A stretch of DNA of 49,631 nucleotides from Parcubacteria group bacterium (GTDB lineage Bacteria; Patescibacteriota; Minisyncoccia; JACQLN01). The stretch lies in assembly GCA_016204035.1 (NCBI GenBank), contig JACQLN010000022.1:1-49631 (forward strand), read 5' to 3'. This document shows positions 8,345-16,812 of this stretch, one piece after another. Position numbers and translations under genes: made by a program. How positions within the stretch are numbered: the first letter of the stretch is position 1; every line of letters starts with the position of its first letter. The notes beneath the pieces are model-generated. The model was not told the DNA's origin, did not search any database, and saw only the letters and a program-made list of their open reading frames with translations.

Positions 8345-9325
8345 ATGAAAAAGATAAAAAACAATAAGCAAATAGTGATTTATCAGGCAAAATCCGGGAA
8401 TATTGAGCTTCGGGGCGATTTTGATAAAGAAACAATTTGGGCATCACAAGCTGAAATTGCCAAAATTTTTAGTGTCACACCACAAAATATTACACTTCAT
8501 TTACGTAATATCTTTAAAGATAACGAACTTGATATAAAATCAACTTGTAAGGAATCCTTACAAGTTCAAAAAGAAGGTGGCAGGGAGATCAAGCGTAAAA
8601 TAAAAGTATATAATCTTGATATTATTATCGCTATCGGTTATCGGATTAACTCTGTTGTTGGTACCAAGTTTCGCCAGTGGGCAACTAAAACTTTAAGGGA
8701 ACATCTTCTTAAAGGTTATACCATAAACCGCAAGCGTATTAGTCAAAATTACGATGAGTTTATGAAAACTGTTAATGATGTTCAAATGCTTCTACCCGAA
8801 CATATAACCCTTGACCCTAAAGCGGTTCTTGAACTCATTAAAGAATTTGCCAGCACGTGGGTGTCACTTGATGCTTACGATAAAGAATCCCTTGCAGTTG
8901 TTGGTACAACTAAAAAAGCAATCAAACTTACCGGAGCAGAACTGGCCAACACCATACGGACTCTTCGTTTGGAATTAATCAAAAAAGGCGAGACCACGGA
9001 AATATTTGCTCAAGAGAAAAAAGAAGGGAGCGTTGAAGGAATAGTAGGTAATATAATGCAGTCATTTGACGGTAAACCACTCTACATAAGTATTGAAGAA
9101 AAAGCTGCACATCTATTGTATTTTATGGTTAAAAATCATCCTTTCACGGACGGCAATAAACGTTCCGGCGCCTTTGCTTTTATTTGGTTTATTCGCAAGT
9201 TTGGAGTTAAAGGCACGCGGAACATAAACCCATCCAGTTTAACAGCACTCACGCTTCTTATTGCCGAAAGCGATCCAAAGAAAAAAGAACAGGTTGTCGC
9301 GCTAATAACCCAATTACTAAAATAA
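8345..9325 (+). CDS. RhuM-family protein with C-terminal Fic/Doc domain
   Basis: The N-terminal 130 aa are RhuM-like (IAIGYRINS..GTKFRQWAT..L). The C-terminal motif HPFTDGNKRSG is the Doc-type variant of the Fic motif. Confidence 0.75.
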   Translation: MKKIKNNKQIVIYQAKSGNIELRGDFDKETIWASQAEIAKIFSVTPQNITLHLRNIFKDNELDIKSTCKESLQVQKEGGREIKRKIKVYNLDIIIAIGYRINSVVGTKFRQWATKTLREHLLKGYTINRKRISQNYDEFMKTVNDVQMLLPEHITLDPKAVLELIKEFASTWVSLDAYDKESLAVVGTTKKAIKLTGAELANTIRTLRLELIKKGETTEIFAQEKKEGSVEGIVGNIMQSFDGKPLYISIEEKAAHLLYFMVKNHPFTDGNKRSGAFAFIWFIRKFGVKGTRNINPSSLTALTLLIAESDPKKKEQVVALITQLLK

Positions 9326-9339
9326 TATAAAGCTTAATC

Positions 9340-9363
9340 GGCTCAACATCGTTGAGCCGTTTA
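9340..9363 (+). terminator. hairpin GGCTCAAC-ATC-GTTGAGCC followed by GTTT
   Basis: Perfect 8-bp stem just after the 8345..9325 stop. A near-identical hairpin recurs at 42626..42648. Confidence 0.5.
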
Positions 9364-9411
9364 GGGTTGAACTTGGGACCTAAAGGGGGTAGTATAAAAA
9401 TATTAAAAATC

Positions 9412-10509
9412 ATGCCGATGAATCACGAACCAGACGAATTTTTAGATCTTGTGGATGAAAACGACAAGGTTATAGGCAGGAAAAAAAGATCAGAGGTTTA
9501 CACCGAAAAACTTTCCAATTTTCGGGTAGTAAATGCTTTTGTTGTAAATTCTAAAGATGAAATCTGGATACCCCGCCGGACGGCCAATAAGCGTATGTTC
9601 CCTTTGTATTTGGACATGAGTATGGGCGGGCATGTGGAAAGCGGCGAAAGCTATGAAAATGCTTTTAAGCGCGAAACGATGGAGGAATTGAACATTGATA
9701 CCGGGAAAGCCCAAACCCGCCTTCTAGGGCATTTAAGCCCGCAAAAAGATGGTGTTTCGGCAAATATGAATGTGTACGAAATCAAAACAGACGAAACACC
9801 CAACTATAATCACAACGATTTTACCGAACACTTTTGGCTAACCCCTCAAGCCCTTTTTGAACGCATCGCCAACGGCGAAAAAACCAAAGGCGACCTGCCT
9901 AAATTGGTTAGGATTTTTTATTGGTTGGACCCTAAAGAATTTGATAAATTTATAGGAAAAGCAAATAAAACATATCAACAGTTTTGTATATGGTTTAACG
10001 CAAACAATGAATTTTCTAAACACCAAGATCGATGGAATTCCATTATTTCAAAAGGTGGATGTAAATATAAAAATTTTTGGGAAGTCATTATCGCGTCAGT
10101 TCAGCATACATGGATTCTTGGAGTAGCAAGACTCCTTGATACCGCATATGCTTCATTTGATAAAAATAAAAAGAAACCTCGACTATCTTTGGAGTATATA
10201 TTGCAGAAACTTAATAACCATAATCTGACTACCAAAATACATAATGAACTGCTAGAATTTCAATCATTTAGTAATTCTATTAAAAAACATCGGATAAATG
10301 TTCTTGCGCATAATGATATTAATTTTGAACCATCAAAAATAGAGGCCGGAGTCGAAGATTTTTTCGAATGGCTCGAAGATAGTATTTCTGAAATTAAAAA
10401 ATATCCCCATCTTGCTGCATGTAAAACAATTAACTTGAAACACACGGAAGAATTATCTAAAAATGGAGTAAAAGAAGTATTTGAAAACATTTTAGCGGGA
10501 GAAAATTAA
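9412..10509 (+). CDS. Nudix hydrolase fused to a C-terminal HEPN (AbiU2-like) domain
   Basis: Nudix box GGHVESGESYENAFKRETMEELN in the N-terminal half. The C-terminal half has KKHRINVLAHND, which fits the Rx4-6H HEPN motif in an AbiU2-like context. ATG 9412 is preferred over TTG 9352. Confidence 0.6.
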   Translation: MPMNHEPDEFLDLVDENDKVIGRKKRSEVYTEKLSNFRVVNAFVVNSKDEIWIPRRTANKRMFPLYLDMSMGGHVESGESYENAFKRETMEELNIDTGKAQTRLLGHLSPQKDGVSANMNVYEIKTDETPNYNHNDFTEHFWLTPQALFERIANGEKTKGDLPKLVRIFYWLDPKEFDKFIGKANKTYQQFCIWFNANNEFSKHQDRWNSIISKGGCKYKNFWEVIIASVQHTWILGVARLLDTAYASFDKNKKKPRLSLEYILQKLNNHNLTTKIHNELLEFQSFSNSIKKHRINVLAHNDINFEPSKIEAGVEDFFEWLEDSISEIKKYPHLAACKTINLKHTEELSKNGVKEVFENILAGEN

Positions 10510-10609
10510 AACATTATAAAAACATACAGTTGAGCTGATTGTGGTTGAATTTAGGGCTTAGAGGGGGTAGGATGAGAGTATTCTTAAGTGTGTTAAAATG
10601 AAATAATTT

Positions 10610-11047
10610 ATGGAACAATCTATAGAAAAAAGATTCCCGCGCGGAGTAGAAACTGTAAGCTCCGCTATTATGCAAAAAGATGGAAAAATTTTACTCACAA
10701 AATCTCCAAAATGGTCTAATAAATGGTTATTGCCCGGAGGGCATATTGAGGCGGGGGAGTCGATTTTAGAAGCAACTGTTCGGGAAGCGCAAGAAGAAAC
10801 TGGGTTAAAGCTCAAACCTATAAAAATTTTAACTTTTGGAGAGCTTATTGATTCAAAAGACTTCCATCGTCCGGCGCATTTTATCTATTTTGATTGCATT
10901 TTTGATGTTATTGGAGGTGAGTTGAAATTACAAAAAGACGAACTAACGGAGTCAAGATGGTTGACGCCCTCAGAAGCATTAAAACTAGAACTTGTTGAAA
11001 CTTATCCCGAAACTCTGCAAAAATACATTGAGTTTTTATCCGATTAA
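10610..11047 (+). CDS. Nudix hydrolase
   Basis: Nudix box GGHIEAGESILEATVREAQEETGL. Confidence 0.85.
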   Translation: MEQSIEKRFPRGVETVSSAIMQKDGKILLTKSPKWSNKWLLPGGHIEAGESILEATVREAQEETGLKLKPIKILTFGELIDSKDFHRPAHFIYFDCIFDVIGGELKLQKDELTESRWLTPSEALKLELVETYPETLQKYIEFLSD

Positions 11048-11067
11048 CTAAAATCGCGTAAAAAATA

Positions 11068-11090
11068 CCCTTCGATTTTACATCGAAGGG
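11068..11090. terminator. bidirectional hairpin CCCTTCGAT-TTTAC-ATCGAAGGG
   Basis: Perfect 9-bp stem between convergent coding regions, with A/T runs on both sides. Confidence 0.55.
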
Positions 11091-11105
11091 TTACTAGACC
11101 AAAAA

Positions 11106-11306
11106 CTAATCTTCATCATCCTCGTCGTCATCATAATCATCGTCATCATCGCTATTATTCGGTCCAACCCAGACCTTGCCCGCTCCACCGCAAGAAGAAC
11201 ATGGAACATTACAATACTGAGACGTCTCAGCAGCTACAGTACATCCATTACAACGGCATGTACCACTACCACCACAATGAGCGCATCTGACAATCTCTCC
11301 AATGGG
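11106..11306 (-). other. Cys-rich (DnaJ CR-type CxxCxGxG x2) open frame with poly-acidic tail and no canonical in-frame start
   Basis: Hand translation: PIGEIVRCAHCGGSGTCRCNGCTVAAETSQYCNVPCSSCGGAGKVWVGPNNSDDDDDYDDDEDDED*. GGAGAG lies 8 nt upstream of an ATG, but that ATG is in a neighbouring frame and stops after 6 codons. Confidence 0.3.
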
Positions 11307-11320
11307 TATAAATTGATTAT

Positions 11321-11716
11321 ATGAAAGGCTATATTTTAAACATAGAAAAAATAACTTTAGAAAACGAAAATTTTAGAAAGGTTTTATATACCGCTAAAAA
11401 CAGCCAGCTGGTGGTGATGCGCCTAAAACCGGGCGAGGAGATAGGCGAGGAGGTGCATCAACTGGACCAGTTTATAAGATGCGAGGCCGGAACGGGACAA
11501 GCTGTTTTAGACGGAGTGGAACATGCTATAAGCGACGGGTTCGCCGTGGTGGTTCCGGCCGGCGCCAAGCATAATATTATAAACACATCCGCAATGGCGC
11601 CATTAAAACTCTACACAGTTTATTCTCCACCCAACCACCGCGACGGCGTGGTTCATTTAACCAAAACCGACGCCGAAGCCGACGATGAATCTTTTGATGG
11701 CCGGACCACGGAATAG
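11321..11716 (+). CDS. cupin-domain protein
   Basis: 131 aa. G.EIGEEVH...AVVVPAGAKHNI matches the two-motif cupin pattern. Confidence 0.7.
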   Translation: MKGYILNIEKITLENENFRKVLYTAKNSQLVVMRLKPGEEIGEEVHQLDQFIRCEAGTGQAVLDGVEHAISDGFAVVVPAGAKHNIINTSAMAPLKLYTVYSPPNHRDGVVHLTKTDAEADDESFDGRTTE

Positions 11717-11795
11717 TATTGACGCAACACCGATACATAGGTATCATCCCAATCAACAGTTCTTTCCACCGCAGACCAACAAAGGAGTCAAAAAT

Positions 11796-12068
11796 ATGAT
11801 AAGAAAGATGTTGGAATTGGTAGTGCTTACTGAAACCAAGCTGGTTGTTCTTTCCGTAGTTTTTTATGTAACCAGTATTTTTTGTTTGAGTGCTATGTGT
11901 TTAGCTATTTTTGACAACGCAAAGTTATTGGCTGTTTCTCTGGCTTTTTTTTCAGGGTTATCAATGCTAATCGGCACATGGTGTATGGTTATGTTGGCTC
12001 TCTACCTGGTTGATGATGAAATTAGGCGAGCCACACTTTGGAACACGCCTATCACACCTAGAAGATGA
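11796..12068 (+). CDS. hypothetical small membrane protein
   Basis: ATG 11796 is preceded by AAAGGAG 8 nt upstream. Two or three hydrophobic segments. The tracked start at 11685 overlaps the cupin gene. Confidence 0.5.
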   Translation: MIRKMLELVVLTETKLVVLSVVFYVTSIFCLSAMCLAIFDNAKLLAVSLAFFSGLSMLIGTWCMVMLALYLVDDEIRRATLWNTPITPRR

Positions 12069-12076
12069 TATCCACC

Positions 12077-12100
12077 GGCCGCGTTTGACGCGGCCTTTTT
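12077..12100 (+). terminator. rho-independent terminator
   Basis: GGCCGCG-TTTGA-CGCGGCC followed by TTTTT. Confidence 0.7.
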
Positions 12101-12103
12101 ATT

Positions 12104-12130
12104 CCCCGCCCTTGGCAACCAAGGGCGGGG
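12104..12130. repeat. CCCCGCC...GGCGGGG hairpin, same family as the tRNA insertions
   Basis: ATT-CCCCGCCCTTGG-CAA-CCAAGGGCGGGG-ATGA. The stem ends and flanks resemble TTG-CCCCGCC...GGCGGGG-TGAA at 6893..7250 and 6852..6868. Confidence 0.5.
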
Positions 12131-12305
12131 ATGACTCCGCTATAAGATCATATATAAGATCACACTATACACTATCTTACTATTTATCCTACGATCGTAT
12201 GGTTGATAGTAAGATAAGAATAAAAAATATGCACGGTAAATCAAGGTTCACCCTGCTTAAAAGGCACGGCGCCAGCCGCCTCGGGGCGGCTTACTTCTAA
12301 CAGGG

Positions 12306-12334
12306 TTGACAAGATATTAGTACGGGTATATAAT
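12306..12334 (+). promoter_or_regulatory. sigma70-type promoter TTGACA-17-TATAAT
   Basis: Consensus -35 at 12306..12311 and -10 at 12329..12334 with a 17-nt spacer. This leaves a ~120-nt leader before the helicase ATG. Confidence 0.6.
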
Positions 12335-12454
12335 AGAAAGATAATCAAATCTCATCGGTTTTTGGCGTTTTAAGGGTTAAAATCCTAAAAAATAAGCTTT
12401 AAGGGCTTTTGTCTGGAAACTCGTGAGCAAGGGCAATTAGCCCATAAAGCATAT

Positions 12455-13654
12455 ATGAGAAGCTTCAATAATAGAGGCCCCCGTAGGCCGTTTTCAACTA
12501 GAAAATTTAATAACCGTCCGCCCCGAAGAGGCGGCAATGGGCAGATCGGCCAATATATAAACCCGGCTAGGTTTATTAACAAAGCGGTCAGCGTGGAAGA
12601 AAGCGCGGAATTTATACCCCAACATAAATTCCAAAATTTTAATATTGACCCCGCCTTAAAAAGCAACATTCTAAACAAGGGTTACAAATTGCCCACGCCT
12701 ATTCAAGACAAGGCCATTCCGCATCTTTTGAACGGAGAAGACATTGTGGGCATCGCCGACACCGGCACCGGAAAAACGGCCGCTTTTTTAGTTCCTTTAA
12801 TAAACAAAATTTTATTAAATAGAAGCGAAAAAGTTTTGATCGTGGTGCCCACCCGGGAACTGGCCATACAAATAGATTTTGAACTTAAATCTTTAACCAA
12901 AGCGCTGCAGGTATATTCCGTTTATTGCGTCGGCGGCATGAGCATCGGCCGGCAGATTTCCGAACTGCGTAGCCGCCATAATTTTGTTATCGGCACGCCC
13001 GGCCGGCTAAAAGATCTTATAGCCAGAAAAAACATTTTCCTTTCGGAATTCAAAACGATTGTTCTGGATGAAGCCGATCGGATGCTGGATATGGGTTTTA
13101 TCAACGACATCCGCCTGATTATGGCGGGCCTGCCCAAAACCAGGCATACGCTTTTCTTTTCGGCCACTTTGTCGCGCGAAATAGAAGGTATGATTTACGA
13201 ATTTTTGCGCGAACCGGTTAGAATTTCGCTAAAAACCCGCGACACTTCGCAAAACGTGGAGCAAAACGTGGTCAAGGTGGAAAAAGGAACAAACAAACTG
13301 GAAGTTCTGCGTGGTTTGCTTAACCGGAAAGAATTTAATAAGGTTCTTGTTTTCGGCCGAACCAAGCACGGCGTGGAAAAACTTTCCCGAACATTGGTTC
13401 AAATCGGTTTTAGAGCTGATTCTATTCACGGCAATAAAAACCATTCCGGCCGGCAGCGCGCCTTAACGGCCTTTAAGAACAACCGCGTGCAGGTTTTGGT
13501 GGCCACCGACGTGGCGGCCCGCGGTTTGGATATTCCCAACGTGAGCCATGTCATCAACTTTGATTTACCCAATACATACGAAGACTATATTCACCGGATC
13601 GGCCGGACCGGCCGGGGCGACCAACGCGGCACGGCGTTAACTTTTATAGACTAA
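12455..13654 (+). CDS. DEAD-box ATP-dependent RNA helicase
   Basis: Q-motif region, motif I ADTGTGKTAAF, motif II VLDEAD, SAT, and motif VI HRIGRTGR. The N-terminus is Arg/Gly-rich. Confidence 0.9.
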   Translation: MRSFNNRGPRRPFSTRKFNNRPPRRGGNGQIGQYINPARFINKAVSVEESAEFIPQHKFQNFNIDPALKSNILNKGYKLPTPIQDKAIPHLLNGEDIVGIADTGTGKTAAFLVPLINKILLNRSEKVLIVVPTRELAIQIDFELKSLTKALQVYSVYCVGGMSIGRQISELRSRHNFVIGTPGRLKDLIARKNIFLSEFKTIVLDEADRMLDMGFINDIRLIMAGLPKTRHTLFFSATLSREIEGMIYEFLREPVRISLKTRDTSQNVEQNVVKVEKGTNKLEVLRGLLNRKEFNKVLVFGRTKHGVEKLSRTLVQIGFRADSIHGNKNHSGRQRALTAFKNNRVQVLVATDVAARGLDIPNVSHVINFDLPNTYEDYIHRIGRTGRGDQRGTALTFID

Positions 13655-13702
13655 CGTCTTAAATTAGAAAAACCATTACTCCGACGGGTAGGCATGGAAA
13701 AA

Positions 13703-13803
13703 ACAAAACATTGGTTTGAGCGACTTCAAGGAGGTTCCAGTTAAATTATAAAGAGGGAGGATGCAAGTGCTCCTCCTTGCAGGAGCGAAAACTAATGTTT
13801 TGT
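13703..13803 (+). repeat. structured intergenic repeat, family A, copy 2
   Basis: The 65-nt core 13721..13785 differs at one position from 25159..25223. Outer stem ACAAAACATTGGTTT/AAACTAATGTTTTGT. Confidence 0.6.
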
Positions 13804-13820
13804 GATTTTAATTTAAAAAA

Positions 13821-14783
13821 ATGTTAGTAGACGACGTAAAAATAAAAATAAAAGCGGGTAACGGCGGCCGGGGCGCCGTCGCTTTTAATAAAAATTTAAT
13901 GAGTTTGGGGCCGACCGGCGGCGACGGCGGCAATGGCGGCAGTATTTATTTTGAAGGCGTTTCCAACTTAAACGCTTTGGCCCAGTTTAGATACAAAAAA
14001 GACATAAAAATAAAAAACGGCGGAAATGGAAAACCGCAATTTAATGACGGCGCCAGGAGTGAAGATTTGATCTTAAAAATTCCCATCGGCGCTGTTATAA
14101 CCAACTTAGACACCGGTGAAAGTTCCGAAATCACCAAGGTGGGCCAGCGGGTGCTGGCCGCGAAGGGTGGCCGGGGCGGCAAAGGAAATTTTCAGTTTAG
14201 GTCTTCTATAAATACCACGCCGATGGAGTTTCAAAAAGGCCTCGCGGGCGAATCTTTTAGCATCCGCCTGGAATTAAAACTTATCGCCGATGTGGGTTTG
14301 ATCGGTTTGCCCAATGCCGGAAAATCAAGCTTGTTAAACGAACTTACGCGCGCCCGCAGCAAAGTGGCTAATTACCCCTTTACCACATTGGAACCCAATC
14401 TGGGCGCCTATTACGAACTTATTTTAGCCGACATTCCGGGTATAATTGAAGGCGCTTCGCGGGGTAAGGGATTGGGCGTAAAATTTTTGCGCCATATTGA
14501 ACGCACTAAAATTTTGTTCCATTTAATCTCGGCCGAGTCGGAAAATTTGGCCGGGGATTATAAAATTATCAGAAACGAATTAAAAACCTACGGCGGCAAT
14601 TTATCTAAAAAACAGGAATACTTATTTTTAACCAAAAGCGATTTGGTTGCCCCCGCGGAGCTTAAAAAGAAACTGGCCAGCTTAAAAAAGACAAATAAAA
14701 ACATTCTCGCCCTATCCATCCACGATTGGGACAGTTTGGAAAAAGTAAAAAAGATTCTCAACAAAATTCAGGAAGAAAAATAA
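13821..14783 (+). CDS. obg: GTPase Obg
   Basis: Gly-rich Obg fold (GNGGRGAVAF, GGDGGNGG), G1 GLPNAGKSS, G3 DIPG, G4 TKSD. Confidence 0.9.
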   Translation: MLVDDVKIKIKAGNGGRGAVAFNKNLMSLGPTGGDGGNGGSIYFEGVSNLNALAQFRYKKDIKIKNGGNGKPQFNDGARSEDLILKIPIGAVITNLDTGESSEITKVGQRVLAAKGGRGGKGNFQFRSSINTTPMEFQKGLAGESFSIRLELKLIADVGLIGLPNAGKSSLLNELTRARSKVANYPFTTLEPNLGAYYELILADIPGIIEGASRGKGLGVKFLRHIERTKILFHLISAESENLAGDYKIIRNELKTYGGNLSKKQEYLFLTKSDLVAPAELKKKLASLKKTNKNILALSIHDWDSLEKVKKILNKIQEEK

Positions 14784-14786
14784 AAA

Positions 14787-14816
14787 AGAGGCCGCCGAAG
14801 CGACCTCTTTGTTTTT
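14787..14816 (+). terminator. rho-independent terminator after obg
   Basis: AGAGGCCGC-CGAA-GCGACCTCT followed by TTGTTTTT. Confidence 0.65.
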
Positions 14817-14839
14817 ACAAAGAACTGACTTGAAAGAAC

Positions 14840-15643
14840 CTAGTTGCCGAATCCGCCGGCGGCCGTTTGGCTGAAGCTGGCGCCTCCCTGGCTGGCCCGC
14901 ACCGCGGACTGGCTGAACACGTTAAACGCCCTCCGCAACTCCGAGGGCGTATTGCCCGGGGTGAGGATCCACTCGTCCTCAATCCCCATCTCGCTGAACA
15001 CCCGGCGGAAATCCGTACTTCCGCCGTCGTCGATACCCATGCCCGCGATGATGTGGCCCTCGGTCTTCAGCATGTCCCGAACGATAGCCCGAACGCTCGA
15101 GGGGTTTTGCTGACGCGAGTGTTCATCGGCGCCATCCGTGATGATCAGGGTGACCGCCCGGCAAGGCACGCCGTTGTCCTCGAAAGACTGAACCTTCGCG
15201 AGCACAGTGCCAAGCAGAACAACTGACTGGTCGTAGAGCGGCGTGCCCTTACTGGGATCGTAGTTGTGGCTGTCCATCCGCACCACCTGGTCAAGGGGCG
15301 CGAAAGGATACAACACGAACCCGTTGAGATACCGGCAGTGTACAAGGATACCGTCCTTCTGCTTGGAACCGCCGAGAGAGTCCAGGACAAGGTTGTGACC
15401 GTCCCGGACATGCTGGGCGTTGCCGGCAAACCGGATGGAACCGGAATCGTCCGGCATCATGGTAACGAGCGTGACCTCGCTCGCCTTGACATCATCGACA
15501 TCGACGCCGATGCCCATCTGAATCTGCTCGCCAATGTCGGCGATGTTGATGGCACCTGCGCCAGCCGGAGACAATGTTCCGTCCTCCTTGGCGCTGTTGA
15601 GCAATGTAGCCACGCTTTGACCGGAACTGCTTGGCTTACCCAC
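14840..15643 (-). CDS. von Willebrand factor A (vWA) domain protein, TerY-like
   Basis: MIDAS motif DDSGS (DxSxS) and a downstream ITDGADE. GTG start preceded by GAAGGAGG. GC-rich. Confidence 0.8.
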   Translation of the reverse strand: MGKPSSSGQSVATLLNSAKEDGTLSPAGAGAINIADIGEQIQMGIGVDVDDVKASEVTLVTMMPDDSGSIRFAGNAQHVRDGHNLVLDSLGGSKQKDGILVHCRYLNGFVLYPFAPLDQVVRMDSHNYDPSKGTPLYDQSVVLLGTVLAKVQSFEDNGVPCRAVTLIITDGADEHSRQQNPSSVRAIVRDMLKTEGHIIAGMGIDDGGSTDFRRVFSEMGIEDEWILTPGNTPSELRRAFNVFSQSAVRASQGGASFSQTAAGGFGN

Positions 15644-15686
15644 AGCTGACCTCCTTCTGGTTTAGGAGTTGGGTTGAGAATCACGG

Positions 15687-16772
15687 CTAGGCGGCAACAT
15701 TCATGCCCGGCCACGACTCGATTGGCTCGGTAGAATTCACGACGTTCATACCGGCGGCGGCGTAACGCTGGAGCGCCTCCTCCGCCTGATCGGTGAAATC
15801 CACGAAGAAACCGCCCTTCGGATTCGGAACCGCCACCGCCGAAGTGCAGTCCCTGAGAACATAGACTTTCTTGGCCAGACCCGGATCCTGGGTGAGGATC
15901 TCGGCCAGGAAATGATCAATGGACGACTTCACGCAGTGGCTCGCGGCCTGACCCGCGATAACCAAAGCATCAGCGTCCATGAGACTCTGGATGAATCTGA
16001 CATTCTTGGATCCCAGAACCCCAGAACCGTCAAAACGAAGCGTCACCTCCGGGCTGAAGACGGAATAGTTTTCCGTGAGCGGATTACCGCCCTTCACTTC
16101 GGCCTCGGACTGCATCTGGCGAACATACGAATGAAACATCCTGGCTTCCTGAATGACGCCGACCAGTGTGTGGCCGTCGGAACCGAGCATGCAATGTTCG
16201 GGCCAGATGTAGAGCTGGTAGCGCCCGCCTTCCGCGAGTTTCTCGCAGTAGAACCGCACCTGCTTCTGGAGCCAGGTGTAATTGCCATTGCAGAGGAACC
16301 CGGCAACCGCCGGGTTCGGCGCCGCCTTGCCGACGGGCTTGCCCAGGCGAAGAATCGTGAGATCCGCCGAGATCATATCGTGGGGCTGGAGGGGATTGCC
16401 ATCCGCATCCACCCAGAACGACGGGAAAAAGATCTGGAAAGGAAAGTGCGTATCCAGGGTCGGGGTGATGTGCGTCAGTACGTGGATGTTCTCGTAGATG
16501 AACCTCGCGATTCGGCGACTGTCGTCAACCGCGCCGGTTCCGCTTCGTCCGCCGACGTAGAGCGTGCCTTCGGGAAAACAGAAGTCGCGCTGCCCGTCGA
16601 TGATCAGCAGGTGAACTTTGAACCGATCGCCCGCGGCGGCTTTGATGTTAAGCTGTCGCCGGTAATCCTGCGCCGAGGTAAACAGGTCGCGAAGATTGGG
16701 CGAGTAACTCCACCTGACGGCGTTGGCGGGATCGTAGAAACTGGGCAACTGCGGAGTGCGAGCGCGAACCAT
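15687..16772 (-). CDS. isochorismatase-family cysteine hydrolase, nicotinamidase (PncA)-like
   Basis: IIDGQRDFC (catalytic Asp region), LDTH (possible metal site) and GQAASHCV (nucleophile Cys). 361 aa. SD AAAGGAG. Confidence 0.7.
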   Translation of the reverse strand: MVRARTPQLPSFYDPANAVRWSYSPNLRDLFTSAQDYRRQLNIKAAAGDRFKVHLLIIDGQRDFCFPEGTLYVGGRSGTGAVDDSRRIARFIYENIHVLTHITPTLDTHFPFQIFFPSFWVDADGNPLQPHDMISADLTILRLGKPVGKAAPNPAVAGFLCNGNYTWLQKQVRFYCEKLAEGGRYQLYIWPEHCMLGSDGHTLVGVIQEARMFHSYVRQMQSEAEVKGGNPLTENYSVFSPEVTLRFDGSGVLGSKNVRFIQSLMDADALVIAGQAASHCVKSSIDHFLAEILTQDPGLAKKVYVLRDCTSAVAVPNPKGGFFVDFTDQAEEALQRYAAAGMNVVNSTEPIESWPGMNVAA

Positions 16773-16812
16773 TTCTGGCTCCTTTCGGTGATGAGATGTG
16801 ATCGTTCTTTTA

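Noticed and set aside
12010-12678. ORFs 12010..12300 (+) and 12385..12678 (-).
   Set aside because: They cover terminators, palindromes, the consensus promoter and the helicase leader and 5' end. No motifs and poor coding appearance.
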